From Candidatus Cloacimonadales bacterium (GTDB taxonomy: Bacteria > Cloacimonadota > Cloacimonadia > Cloacimonadales > JAFGVF01), in assembly GCA_963677495.2 (NCBI GenBank), contig CAXXOU010000001.1, positions 448,001-512,000 on the forward strand: DNA of 64,000 nucleotides. Reading direction: 5' to 3'. Positions 38,671 to 47,311 of this stretch are shown piece by piece (position 1 is the first letter of the stretch; the number at the start of each line of letters is the position of its first letter). The notes beneath the pieces are model-generated. The model saw only the letters and a list, made by a program, of their open reading frames with translations, was not told the origin of the DNA and searched no databases. Position numbers and translations under genes: made by a program.

Positions 38671-39333
38671 ATGACTGATAAAGATAAAAAAGCTCCATTT
38701 AAAGACAATTGGACAGTTGACGATAAGACCTTGGCTAATGCTGATCTCCCTCAAGAGGAAAGAGATTGGTTTAGTGATGAGCGCCCACAACCCGTTAAAC
38801 CTGCATCATGGGGGCCGATGGAGAAGTTCCTTAACTGGGCAAGAGCAAATAGCCTTTGGTTACTTGCTTTTGGTACCGGTTGCGGAGCTGTAGAGCTTCG
38901 TCCTCTTCTCACTGCCAGATATGACATATCCCGACTTGGTATGGCTCCGAGACCTACACCAAGGCAATCATCAGTATTTATGATTGGTGGATATGTATCT
39001 ATTAAAACTCTTAAAAGGGTTATTAGAAGTTATGAACAGATGCAAGGTCCAAAGTTTGTAGTAGCAGTTTGTTCCTGTGCCATAAACGGAGGAATGTATT
39101 GGGATTCATATAACACAGTGAAGAGAATTGATCAATATATCCCTGTTGATGTATATGTTACAGGCTGTATGCCAAGACCTGAAGCTGTATTAGCGGGATT
39201 TGAGAAGCTTAAGAAGCTTATCATTGAAGGTAAAGCTGAAGGACAGAATCAATATGCTGAGAAGTTTGATTGGTATAAAGCTAATCAGAAACGTGTTATT
39301 AAAGACTGGAACATGCCAGATTACAACTGGTAG
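38671..39333 (+). CDS. NuoB-like Fe-S subunit (MbxJ)
   Basis: FGTGCGAVE; CSCAINGG; PVDVYVTGCMPRPE. Confidence 0.92.
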   Translation: MTDKDKKAPFKDNWTVDDKTLANADLPQEERDWFSDERPQPVKPASWGPMEKFLNWARANSLWLLAFGTGCGAVELRPLLTARYDISRLGMAPRPTPRQSSVFMIGGYVSIKTLKRVIRSYEQMQGPKFVVAVCSCAINGGMYWDSYNTVKRIDQYIPVDVYVTGCMPRPEAVLAGFEKLKKLIIEGKAEGQNQYAEKFDWYKANQKRVIKDWNMPDYNW

Positions 39334-39339
39334 GTTAAT

Positions 39340-39864
39340 ATGCAAGCAATTATTGAAAAACTACAAAACCGATACAGCCTTTCAGATATTGTTGAGCAAA
39401 GGGCTAATCTTACCTTTGTAACAGTAAAGCAAACTGATGCTGTTTCCATTATAACACATCTTAGAGATATTGAAGGATTCACACATATTGTCCTGATGAC
39501 AGCTGTTGATAGGATTGAAGAGAATAAGTTCCAAATTACCTATCTTCTACATAATTATGATCTACATTCGGACTTAGGTATCAGAGTTCTGATAGACAGA
39601 GACAATCCCGAGATGGAATCCATACATCACCTTTGGAAACATACACGAGTTTTCCAACGCGAGCTACATGAGATGTTCGGAATCAACTTCCCCGGAAGCC
39701 CTGATGTAGATGTCCCAATGTTACTTGAAGGCTGGGATGGACCTCCCCCTATGAGAAGAGATTTTGATACTAAGAAGTATTCAGAAGAGAAGTTTGACCA
39801 CCGACCAAGAAACCATGTCGAACCTGAAAAGCAGTTCAGGCAAGAGATGTACCCGGAGGACTAA
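39340..39864 (+). CDS. NuoC-like subunit (MbxK)
   Basis: RELHEMFGINFPG; PPMRRDF. Confidence 0.92.
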   Translation: MQAIIEKLQNRYSLSDIVEQRANLTFVTVKQTDAVSIITHLRDIEGFTHIVLMTAVDRIEENKFQITYLLHNYDLHSDLGIRVLIDRDNPEMESIHHLWKHTRVFQRELHEMFGINFPGSPDVDVPMLLEGWDGPPPMRRDFDTKKYSEEKFDHRPRNHVEPEKQFRQEMYPED

Positions 39865-41021
39865 TGAAAGATTTATACCCACCAATTGTAGATGGTAAAT
39901 CCGTTTATGACTTAGATAGTCAGAAGTTTTTAAAGATGTGGCAAGGTCCACAACATCCGGGTGTAACAGGAAACATGAGCTTAGAGCTGGATATCAGTGG
40001 TGATCAGATAGTTAAGTGTACTACTCATGTTGGTTACCTGCATCGTGGTTTCGAGAAGCTGATGGAACGTAGACGCTATATTAACTGCTTCCCGATTGTA
40101 TGTCGGATATGTGTTCCGGAACCGGATACTAACGAATATCTCTTCGCAGCTGCAACAGAGGAGCTTCTGGGAATCGAGATTCCTGAAAAAGCTAAATGGC
40201 TTAGAACTCTTGATCTTGAACTTTCCAGATTAGTTAGTTTCCTCATGTGGATAGGTGGACAAAGTGGTTCATTTGGTTCAGGAACTGTATCCCAATGGGC
40301 TGTTGCTCATCGTGACTATGTACTTGATCTGTTTGAAGAATTATCAGGTGCCAGAATCTATCACATGTATATTATCCCAGGTGGTGTACGTGGTGACCTT
40401 CCAACGGGATGGATTGAGCATACAGAAGCTGTTCTACGTAAAGTAGAGAAGCTCCTCGATGAGATTCATTATGTTCTCTTTAACAATGCTGTCTTTAAAT
40501 CCAGAGCTGTTGGCTTGGGAGTTATCACACCGGATATGGTTGATAAATATGGTATAGTCGGACCTAATGCCAGAGGGAGTGGTGTCAAGCGAGATGTAAG
40601 AAAAGACACACCATATCTGGTTTATGATAAATTAGATTTTGATGTAATCACAGAAGATGGTGGTGATGCTTATGCCAGAGCATTAGTACGATGGCGCGAG
40701 ATGTATCAATCAATAGATTTGATAAGACAGATTCTTACTAAAATGCCTGTTGAGGGTGAAATATATACTACATTACCGAATGTTCTTCACCTTAAAGTAC
40801 CGGCAGGTGAAACCTATGTACGTGCTGAGTCCACACGTGGAGAGTATGGTTACTATATGGTTTCTGATGGCACAGCATTCCCTCGTAAGGTGACTGTTCG
40901 TGGTCCATCATATTCGCATGCAATGGCACTATTGGAAGATTTAGCAGTTGGTGGAAACATAGCTGACACTCACGGATTAATGATGTCACTTCACACATAC
41001 CCACCAGAGATAGAGAGGTAG
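39864..41021 (+). CDS. NuoD-like large subunit (MbxL type, not a NiFe hydrogenase)
   Basis: GPQHP; GYLHRGFEK; CRICVPEPD; the C-terminus HTYPPEIER lacks the second CxxC. Confidence 0.9.
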   Translation: MKDLYPPIVDGKSVYDLDSQKFLKMWQGPQHPGVTGNMSLELDISGDQIVKCTTHVGYLHRGFEKLMERRRYINCFPIVCRICVPEPDTNEYLFAAATEELLGIEIPEKAKWLRTLDLELSRLVSFLMWIGGQSGSFGSGTVSQWAVAHRDYVLDLFEELSGARIYHMYIIPGGVRGDLPTGWIEHTEAVLRKVEKLLDEIHYVLFNNAVFKSRAVGLGVITPDMVDKYGIVGPNARGSGVKRDVRKDTPYLVYDKLDFDVITEDGGDAYARALVRWREMYQSIDLIRQILTKMPVEGEIYTTLPNVLHLKVPAGETYVRAESTRGEYGYYMVSDGTAFPRKVTVRGPSYSHAMALLEDLAVGGNIADTHGLMMSLHTYPPEIER

Positions 41022-41024
41022 ATT

Positions 41025-42827
41025 ATGAGTTTAAAAGATGTAATATCTCCATTATACGTTTGGAAAAGAGCTTTCGAAAAACCATATTCAATAAAAACAC
41101 TTAAAGAACCGAGACCCGGTGCTGACCGCTACAGGGGTTTTCATAAAAATGACTTAGAGAAATGTATTGGATGCGGTTCCTGCGCTGAGATATGTCAGAA
41201 TGTCTCAATCGAGATGCGTCCGGTTTCTGAGACCAAACATGGTGACAGTGGCTTACGACCTAAGATTGATTATGGTCGTTGTTGCTGGTGCGCGCTTTGT
41301 GTGGATATATGTCCTTCAGGCTCATTAACTATGTCTAATGAATATATCTGGGTTGAAGAGGGTTTGGATAAGGATACGAGAGAAACCTATTGCTATATCC
41401 CGGGAAAAGACAAAAAACCTTGGGATGATAATGAGCAAGGTTATCAAAGACCAAAAGGTTATGAACTAACCAATCTTAAGCGAGTAGAGATGGAACAACT
41501 TCCGGCTGAGGAACGTGTGAAATCTTTCATTGAGATGGTTAAAGGTTTCTCAAAAGAACAGGCTAAGAAGGAAGCTGATCGTTGTATCGAATGCGGTGTA
41601 TGTACTGCTACTTGTCCCGGCCATATGGATATTCCGGGTTACATTCGTGCAATTAGAGAGGATAACCTCGAAGAGGGTTTCAGGATTATCTACGAAACTA
41701 ATCCGTTACCCGGTGTTTGCGGACGTATCTGTACAAGAAAATGTGAAGAGGTTTGTTCGTTATCTCTTAGAGGAGAAGCAGTCTCTATCCGTTGGCTTAA
41801 ACGCTATATTATCGATAGTGTTGAATCCATTGAATACAAGGAAATACTTTCTGATACTGTTCAACCTACAGGTAAGAAGATAGCTATTGTGGGTGCAGGT
41901 CCCGGTGGGCTTAGTGCTGCATACTATCTCCTTAGGATGGGACATGAAGTGGAAATCTTCGAGAAAGACAACGGTGCAGGTGGTATGCTTCGATACGGTA
42001 TCCCTGAATATCGTTTACCGTATGAGATGCTTGATAAAGATATAAACTTTATCACAGAACTCGGGGCAAAGCTTAATCTTGGTGTTCAGGTCGGTAAAGA
42101 TGTCAGCTTCGATAAACTCTATAAAGAGAATGATGCTATCTTTGCCAGTATCGGACTCTCTGACTCATATAACATGGGGCTGGAAGGTGAAGACCTACCA
42201 GGTGTTACAACAGGCTTAGCTGTTCTTAGAGCTGTGACAGAAGGTAAAGACCCTGAGCTTGGAAACAATGTTGTTGTAATTGGTGGTGGTAATGTTGCCA
42301 TGGACGCAGCGCGTACTGCAAAGCATATGGGCTGTGATGTGACTGTTCTTTATAGAAGAAGACTGGAAGATATGCCGGCTGATAAGGAAGAAATACATGA
42401 AGCAATGGAAGAGGGAGTTGTCTTCCAATTCCAGGGAATCCCACTCAAGATAGAGCAAGCAGGCGATAAACTCGACTTCATCTGGGGTGAAGCTGAAATG
42501 GTTGATAAAGGTGACGGTAAACGTCCTTCTCCTGTTCTCATTGAGGGCAGTAGAAACGTTATCCACGCTACTAAAGTTGTTGCAGCTATCGGTCAGGAAG
42601 CTAACTACGAATGGCTTGATGGAGAAACAACGAAAGAGGTTAAGCTCGGAAAACGTAAGATCGAAGCTGACAGATGGGGTAAGACTGATGACCCTAAGAT
42701 TTATATTGGTGGAGATATGTTCAATCGTACTGCTGATGCCATCAGTGCTATCGCCGATGGACATCGCTCTGCTCGCGCTATCGATAGCTTCTTAAGTGGA
42801 GAAGAGTTCCCTAAGAATAGATTTTAA
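41025..42827 (+). CDS. NuoI-like 2x[4Fe-4S] domain fused to a GltD/SudA-like FAD/NAD(P)H oxidoreductase
   Basis: YRGFH, CIGCGSCAEIC and CCWCALCVDICP; then EADRC, CGRIC, GAGPGG, GGMLRYGIP and GGGNVAMD. Confidence 0.9.
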   Translation: MSLKDVISPLYVWKRAFEKPYSIKTLKEPRPGADRYRGFHKNDLEKCIGCGSCAEICQNVSIEMRPVSETKHGDSGLRPKIDYGRCCWCALCVDICPSGSLTMSNEYIWVEEGLDKDTRETYCYIPGKDKKPWDDNEQGYQRPKGYELTNLKRVEMEQLPAEERVKSFIEMVKGFSKEQAKKEADRCIECGVCTATCPGHMDIPGYIRAIREDNLEEGFRIIYETNPLPGVCGRICTRKCEEVCSLSLRGEAVSIRWLKRYIIDSVESIEYKEILSDTVQPTGKKIAIVGAGPGGLSAAYYLLRMGHEVEIFEKDNGAGGMLRYGIPEYRLPYEMLDKDINFITELGAKLNLGVQVGKDVSFDKLYKENDAIFASIGLSDSYNMGLEGEDLPGVTTGLAVLRAVTEGKDPELGNNVVVIGGGNVAMDAARTAKHMGCDVTVLYRRRLEDMPADKEEIHEAMEEGVVFQFQGIPLKIEQAGDKLDFIWGEAEMVDKGDGKRPSPVLIEGSRNVIHATKVVAAIGQEANYEWLDGETTKEVKLGKRKIEADRWGKTDDPKIYIGGDMFNRTADAISAIADGHRSARAIDSFLSGEEFPKNRF

Positions 42828-42836
42828 TTATTAACC

Positions 42837-42954
42837 GGGTGCGCGGACATCCTGTCCGCTCTCCCTTTTTCTTTATCTTCTGAATGGTTGTAAACCTTCA
42901 GAATGGTGAGATATTTATTTACTTTTGTAAACGGACAGTCCTGTCCGTTTTTTT
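42837..42954 (+). terminator. Cluster of three palindromes ending the operon (REP-like hairpins and terminator)
   Basis: GCGGACA-tcc-TGTCCGC; TTCTGAA(T)GGTT-gta-AACCTTCAGAA; AAACGGACA-gtcc-TGTCCGTTT with T-tract. Confidence 0.7.
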
Positions 42955-42972
42955 AATGCTAATAATTCCACC

Positions 42973-43240
42973 ATCCCCCCCATTCAATAGCAATTACTCG
43001 AAAGTATCTCAGTTATCCACAACATGTGACTAACTTACTATTTTGAGTAAGAGAGTAGTAAGGGAAAAGTAAGTGAGAAGTAAGAGTGATGTTAGTATTG
43101 AATGGGGGTGGGAAGTGGCATAAGACTTTGCCTGATGTCGTACAAATAACCATGGATGAACCACGGGTAATCCACGCACAAACCACGCAAGTCGCGGTCA
43201 AACCATGGATTACCCGTGGTCAACCCGTGGTAAAGTCAAG
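42973..43240 (+). repeat. Composite 11-bp-array element, copy D (core AGTAAG)
   Basis: Same inverted ends and leader as copy C; AGTAAG at 43046, 43057, 43068 and 43079; AACCACG-like units at 43148, 43159, 43170 and 43181, then inverted units at 43201, 43212 and 43223. Confidence 0.9.
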
Positions 43241-43328
43241 CTTTGAAAAACGGCAGTTTTGATAATAACGGATATTATTCAACCAATTATTACATGGTTG
43301 CATTATTATGAGATTTGTGGCTTCCAAT

Positions 43329-43355
43329 AAAAAAAGGGCACAGAGAACTGTGCCC
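43329..43355 (-). terminator. Rho-independent terminator
   Basis: GGGCACAG-agaa-CTGTGCCC with an A7 tract on the + strand. Confidence 0.85.
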
Positions 43356-43373
43356 ATAAATCTAACGAAAAGA

Positions 43374-46169
43374 TTATCTTAGATATCTATCAACAAGACT
43401 TTTCCATGTTGTTCCAGTTGGGGCAATAGCAGCCTGAGATCTTACTGTCCCATATTGTCCTTCATAATCACGGATTGCGATTACTTGATAGAACATCTGG
43501 TCAGCAAACCAATCTACACCAGTGTGGACATGATTTAAGTTTGTTGTGACAGCTAAATGAAGATACTCACTTGGGGCGTCTGCAGGGTCATCACTGTAAT
43601 TGATTACATAGAAATCAATATCAACATGGATACCATGTTCAGTTTGAGTAATGCTGTCCCAACTTATCGTAGCATCTCCATCCGTAACTACAACGGCAAC
43701 ATTTGTCGGTGCCGGGATTGCATCATATTCAGAGCTACCTGATAAGTTAATCTCAATAACTGGATTATTTGTGGAGTTATTCACAATAAACAGAGTTCCA
43801 CTGTGGTTAGCCTCATTGCTTGGCTCAAAGTTCATAAATATCGAATTTGTAGTACCAGGAGCAATATCCCCACCAAGGTTGTCATAATTATGTGAAAATG
43901 CACCGGAGCTACCGTTCTCATAATATATATCAGTTATCATTAAGTCAACATTACCATCATTTTGCACAATGATTTCAGATGTGTCGTCCTGACCAAAGTA
44001 GAGTAAGCCAAAATCAATAGCTGATGATGTTGTAAGTGTTAAGGTCATTACAGGAGGACCAGGTTCCGTAACATAAATATCTCTTGATAAAGTTCTACCG
44101 GTAACATCACAATTATAAGTACCTATGTAATCACCGGAAACAGGGACATTCCAATCAAGCTGAGCTGTTGTCTCACCTGCGAAGTTCGGACTATCTAGGA
44201 CTGATCCATTTTTATACCATTGATAAGTTGTACCTGATAGATCAGAGTTGAATTTTACATCTCCTGTAAGATAGTTACTGTTGTGAAGGGCGACAGTTTG
44301 GTCAGACGTACCATCCATAATTGTTCTGCTATTACTCCAAGTACCGTCATTGCTGATATCACCTTTTATAATAACTTCAAGGAAGCTTCTTGTAGAGTAG
44401 TCGGCAATTGAACCATTATTTATTATATCACCATCAACTGTGAGAGAGTAGAACATCCATGACCTGTATGTATTACGCAAAGCTCCGGTAAGCACAGTTG
44501 TTCCGGTGAAGACATTGTTATCTCCGTTAATACGACATACACCCTGAAACTCAGCATTTTCAACGGTTGTATTCTGCATATAAGCATTATTAATCATGTT
44601 GATAACAGAGTCATTTGCTTCTATGAAAGCTTCATTTATATAGCCGTCATTGATTGTAAGTGTGTAGTCAGGTTGTAGAACCAAAGTGTTATTATTGAAA
44701 TTTATAGTTGAATTTACGAGTTCAACATCAGAATAGAAATAGACGTTACCTACTGATGCAGCAGCATTGAAGTATGCCTGCTGGAGAGGACTTGTACCAT
44801 TAACCGTAAAGAGTTGGTCGGTTCCTTGTAGTTCAACATTATGAACAGTCCAAGTACCATTATTGACTATCGTAATATCGTTAGGAAGATTAATCGAAAG
44901 GAGCTCGTTTCCTCTGTTGCTGATAGTACCGTTATTTATAATATCGCCATAAATAGTTGTAGTACAGTGGTCATATGTATTAAAACCACCATATAAAGCA
45001 CCAGTCACAGTAGTAGTGCCATTGAAAGTAACATCATCACCATTTATAAGGCAGGCACCATGAATATTTACATCATAGAAATCAATATTTCCAACTGTTG
45101 TACTATTTGTGAGATTAACTATAGCTCCACTTGAGTATATAGATCCGTTAGAGATAGAACCACTATCTAAATTAAGAGTAGTTCCTGAAGGAAGTAGTAT
45201 ATCATCTCCCTGAAGGTAGATGTTAGTATTGCTTAAGTTAATACCTGTATCAAAGATTAAATCATGACCATTGCCACTACAATACAATGAAGGTGTACTA
45301 ATGGGCTGTGTGCCTGAATAGATAAAATGTTGATCCATTGTACCTGTAAAATAAGTCCCACTACCGTTCCAACTACCGTTGTTAATAACTTCAACATCAC
45401 CCGGAATGTTGAATAATATTACTTCATTCCCTGAATTGCTGATCGTACCATTGTTGATGAATGTACCTGTTATGGAAGGTCTAACACTATCATAATAGTT
45501 ATTGCCTGGGGTGAGTGATCCGGTTATTGTAGTTGTACCAGAGAACAGGCTATTATCACCTTCAATTCTGCATGTACCTCTAAGTTCAAGGTCCTGAGCA
45601 TGGCATTCAGCTATTCGTGAAGAGTTTGTCATCTCTATTGCAGCTCCGTTACCACCAATTATATGAGCATGGTCAATTCCACTTTGATCGAAGAAAAGGT
45701 CATAACCGTTTGAAAGATCAAGTGTACCATTTTGCCAGTTTAAAGATGCACCACTGAAATAAAGGTCACTCATCGCTACGATATAAGAACCATTACTATT
45801 TACAATACCAGTTTCGATTGCGTTACCATTAGGGCATGAAATACTCTGTGCACCGGAACTCGTTAGATAGATTCCATTACAGTTCCAAACACCATAGTTA
45901 GTGACTGTACTGTTAGTATAAATATAGAGAGAGCCTCCGGAACTGTTCGTAATAATTGAACCTTCGTTTGTTACACTTCCATTAACTGTTAAAACTACAT
46001 AATCATTCCAGTTTAAGTTTGTAACTGTTGCTCCGGGATGGATATGTAAGTTTTCATCAATTGTTGTGTCAACTTCTAGTGCCCATGTTCCATAAATGTC
46101 TAAAGCTCCTAATGAAACAATAGCATTAAGAAGTAGTGCAATAAATACAAATATACATTTCGTTTTCAT
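43374..46169 (-). CDS. Large secreted Asn/Gly/Thr-rich beta-solenoid protein with Ig, ASH-like and C-terminal FN3-like domains
   Basis: Signal peptide from MKTKC; repeated G.C.I.GD...F.GTT...G.L / INNGTI / NNGtW units; no NYPNPFNP CTD. Confidence 0.75.
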   Translation of the reverse strand: MKTKCIFVFIALLLNAIVSLGALDIYGTWALEVDTTIDENLHIHPGATVTNLNWNDYVVLTVNGSVTNEGSIITNSSGGSLYIYTNSTVTNYGVWNCNGIYLTSSGAQSISCPNGNAIETGIVNSNGSYIVAMSDLYFSGASLNWQNGTLDLSNGYDLFFDQSGIDHAHIIGGNGAAIEMTNSSRIAECHAQDLELRGTCRIEGDNSLFSGTTTITGSLTPGNNYYDSVRPSITGTFINNGTISNSGNEVILFNIPGDVEVINNGSWNGSGTYFTGTMDQHFIYSGTQPISTPSLYCSGNGHDLIFDTGINLSNTNIYLQGDDILLPSGTTLNLDSGSISNGSIYSSGAIVNLTNSTTVGNIDFYDVNIHGACLINGDDVTFNGTTTVTGALYGGFNTYDHCTTTIYGDIINNGTISNRGNELLSINLPNDITIVNNGTWTVHNVELQGTDQLFTVNGTSPLQQAYFNAAASVGNVYFYSDVELVNSTINFNNNTLVLQPDYTLTINDGYINEAFIEANDSVINMINNAYMQNTTVENAEFQGVCRINGDNNVFTGTTVLTGALRNTYRSWMFYSLTVDGDIINNGSIADYSTRSFLEVIIKGDISNDGTWSNSRTIMDGTSDQTVALHNSNYLTGDVKFNSDLSGTTYQWYKNGSVLDSPNFAGETTAQLDWNVPVSGDYIGTYNCDVTGRTLSRDIYVTEPGPPVMTLTLTTSSAIDFGLLYFGQDDTSEIIVQNDGNVDLMITDIYYENGSSGAFSHNYDNLGGDIAPGTTNSIFMNFEPSNEANHSGTLFIVNNSTNNPVIEINLSGSSEYDAIPAPTNVAVVVTDGDATISWDSITQTEHGIHVDIDFYVINYSDDPADAPSEYLHLAVTTNLNHVHTGVDWFADQMFYQVIAIRDYEGQYGTVRSQAAIAPTGTTWKSLVDRYLR

Positions 46170-46372
46170 TATTCCCCCTTGCAGACTTAATTCCATTCTA
46201 TAAAGACTACCAACATCTATATGATTGTAATTCATTATTGTCAAAACAATTCTTGGAAGAAAGGTGCTTTAAAATCATGTGAAGGATTGAAGAATAGTAT
46301 TAAATCGCATTAATCTCTTGACGTCGAATTAGTTTAGTCACAATAAAGAGAAAACAAATGAAGTAGGGATGA

Positions 46373-47107
46373 ATGAAAGCATTACTAACTTTTATTGGGA
46401 ATCATGACCCTTTTGCAGATGGCAAAGCTCAGCTTGGTCCAATTCTGTCTATTCTTGAAAAGCGTAAGTTCGATAAGCTTTATCTGCTATTTAACAATGA
46501 TAGGTATTGGGATGCAGTGTTTAAAACTCAAGAGATATGTAATCAGAAGTATCCTCAGATGAAAGTGGAAATGCGACTAACTGAAGCAGTGAATCCTATC
46601 AATTATAACCTTGTTTATCCTGCTATGTATAATGTTGTGCAGAGAATTGTGAAAGAGAATAAAGGGATGAAATACACTATCTCAATCACTTCCGGTACCC
46701 CTACTATGCACTCCTGCTGGATACTGCTTGTGCAGGGAGGTGTGATAAATGCTGAGATTTTGCAAGTTTCCAGAGAAAACGGGATTGAAAAAGTAACATT
46801 TGATCTTGATGATTTCCCTAATATTGCTGAGACTCCCGAGACGAAGGTAGAACTTACCCGACTTGCCCGTGAAAATGCTGAACTAAAGAAGTTTCTTAAT
46901 CCGGAGTATAGTATTCATAATGGATTCTACATTCCACCTGAAGGGCTTAAGCTTGATAATGAGATTGTCCCCGCCTATTATATCGGTGCTTTGAAAGCAA
47001 CAAAAGGTAACGCAACCAAAGCTGCAAAGCTCTTAGGTTTGGAACCCCATACCCTCAGAAAACGGCTTCGTGGGCTCGGTATAAATATTGCAGACTATAA
47101 AGAATAG
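46373..47107 (+). CDS. RtcR-like CARF domain + Fis-type HTH regulator lacking the AAA+ domain
   Basis: LLTFIGNHDP..GPILS; ISITSGTPTMHSCWILL; GNATKAAKLLGLEPHTLRKRL. Confidence 0.72.
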   Translation: MKALLTFIGNHDPFADGKAQLGPILSILEKRKFDKLYLLFNNDRYWDAVFKTQEICNQKYPQMKVEMRLTEAVNPINYNLVYPAMYNVVQRIVKENKGMKYTISITSGTPTMHSCWILLVQGGVINAEILQVSRENGIEKVTFDLDDFPNIAETPETKVELTRLARENAELKKFLNPEYSIHNGFYIPPEGLKLDNEIVPAYYIGALKATKGNATKAAKLLGLEPHTLRKRLRGLGINIADYKE

Positions 47108-47311
47108 TAACGAATGTTACGGCAATATTGTATTAAAGAATTATTAATGAATATTGTAACAGATTGATAGATAAGTTTATAGAGTGATAAGGCAAAATTT
47201 GAGTGGACAGTTGTAAGAAAATAGATACAATCATTTCTGTAGTCAGATGAAGTTATCTTGATGAATGAGGGTAGCTATGAAACGAAACTCAGAATGATAT
47301 GTGAGGTTAGA

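Noticed and set aside
39864..41021. NiFe hydrogenase large subunit
   Set aside because: The C-terminal CxxC is absent and no maturation genes lie nearby.
43013..43201. 62-aa minus-strand ORF across element D
   Set aside because: Not preserved in homologous copy C, which has frame-changing indels.
13180..43240. CRISPR array interpretation of the periodic repeats
   Set aside because: Periods are 7 or 11 bp with ~5-6-bp variable parts. There are no 23-47-bp repeats with unique spacers and no cas genes in the window.
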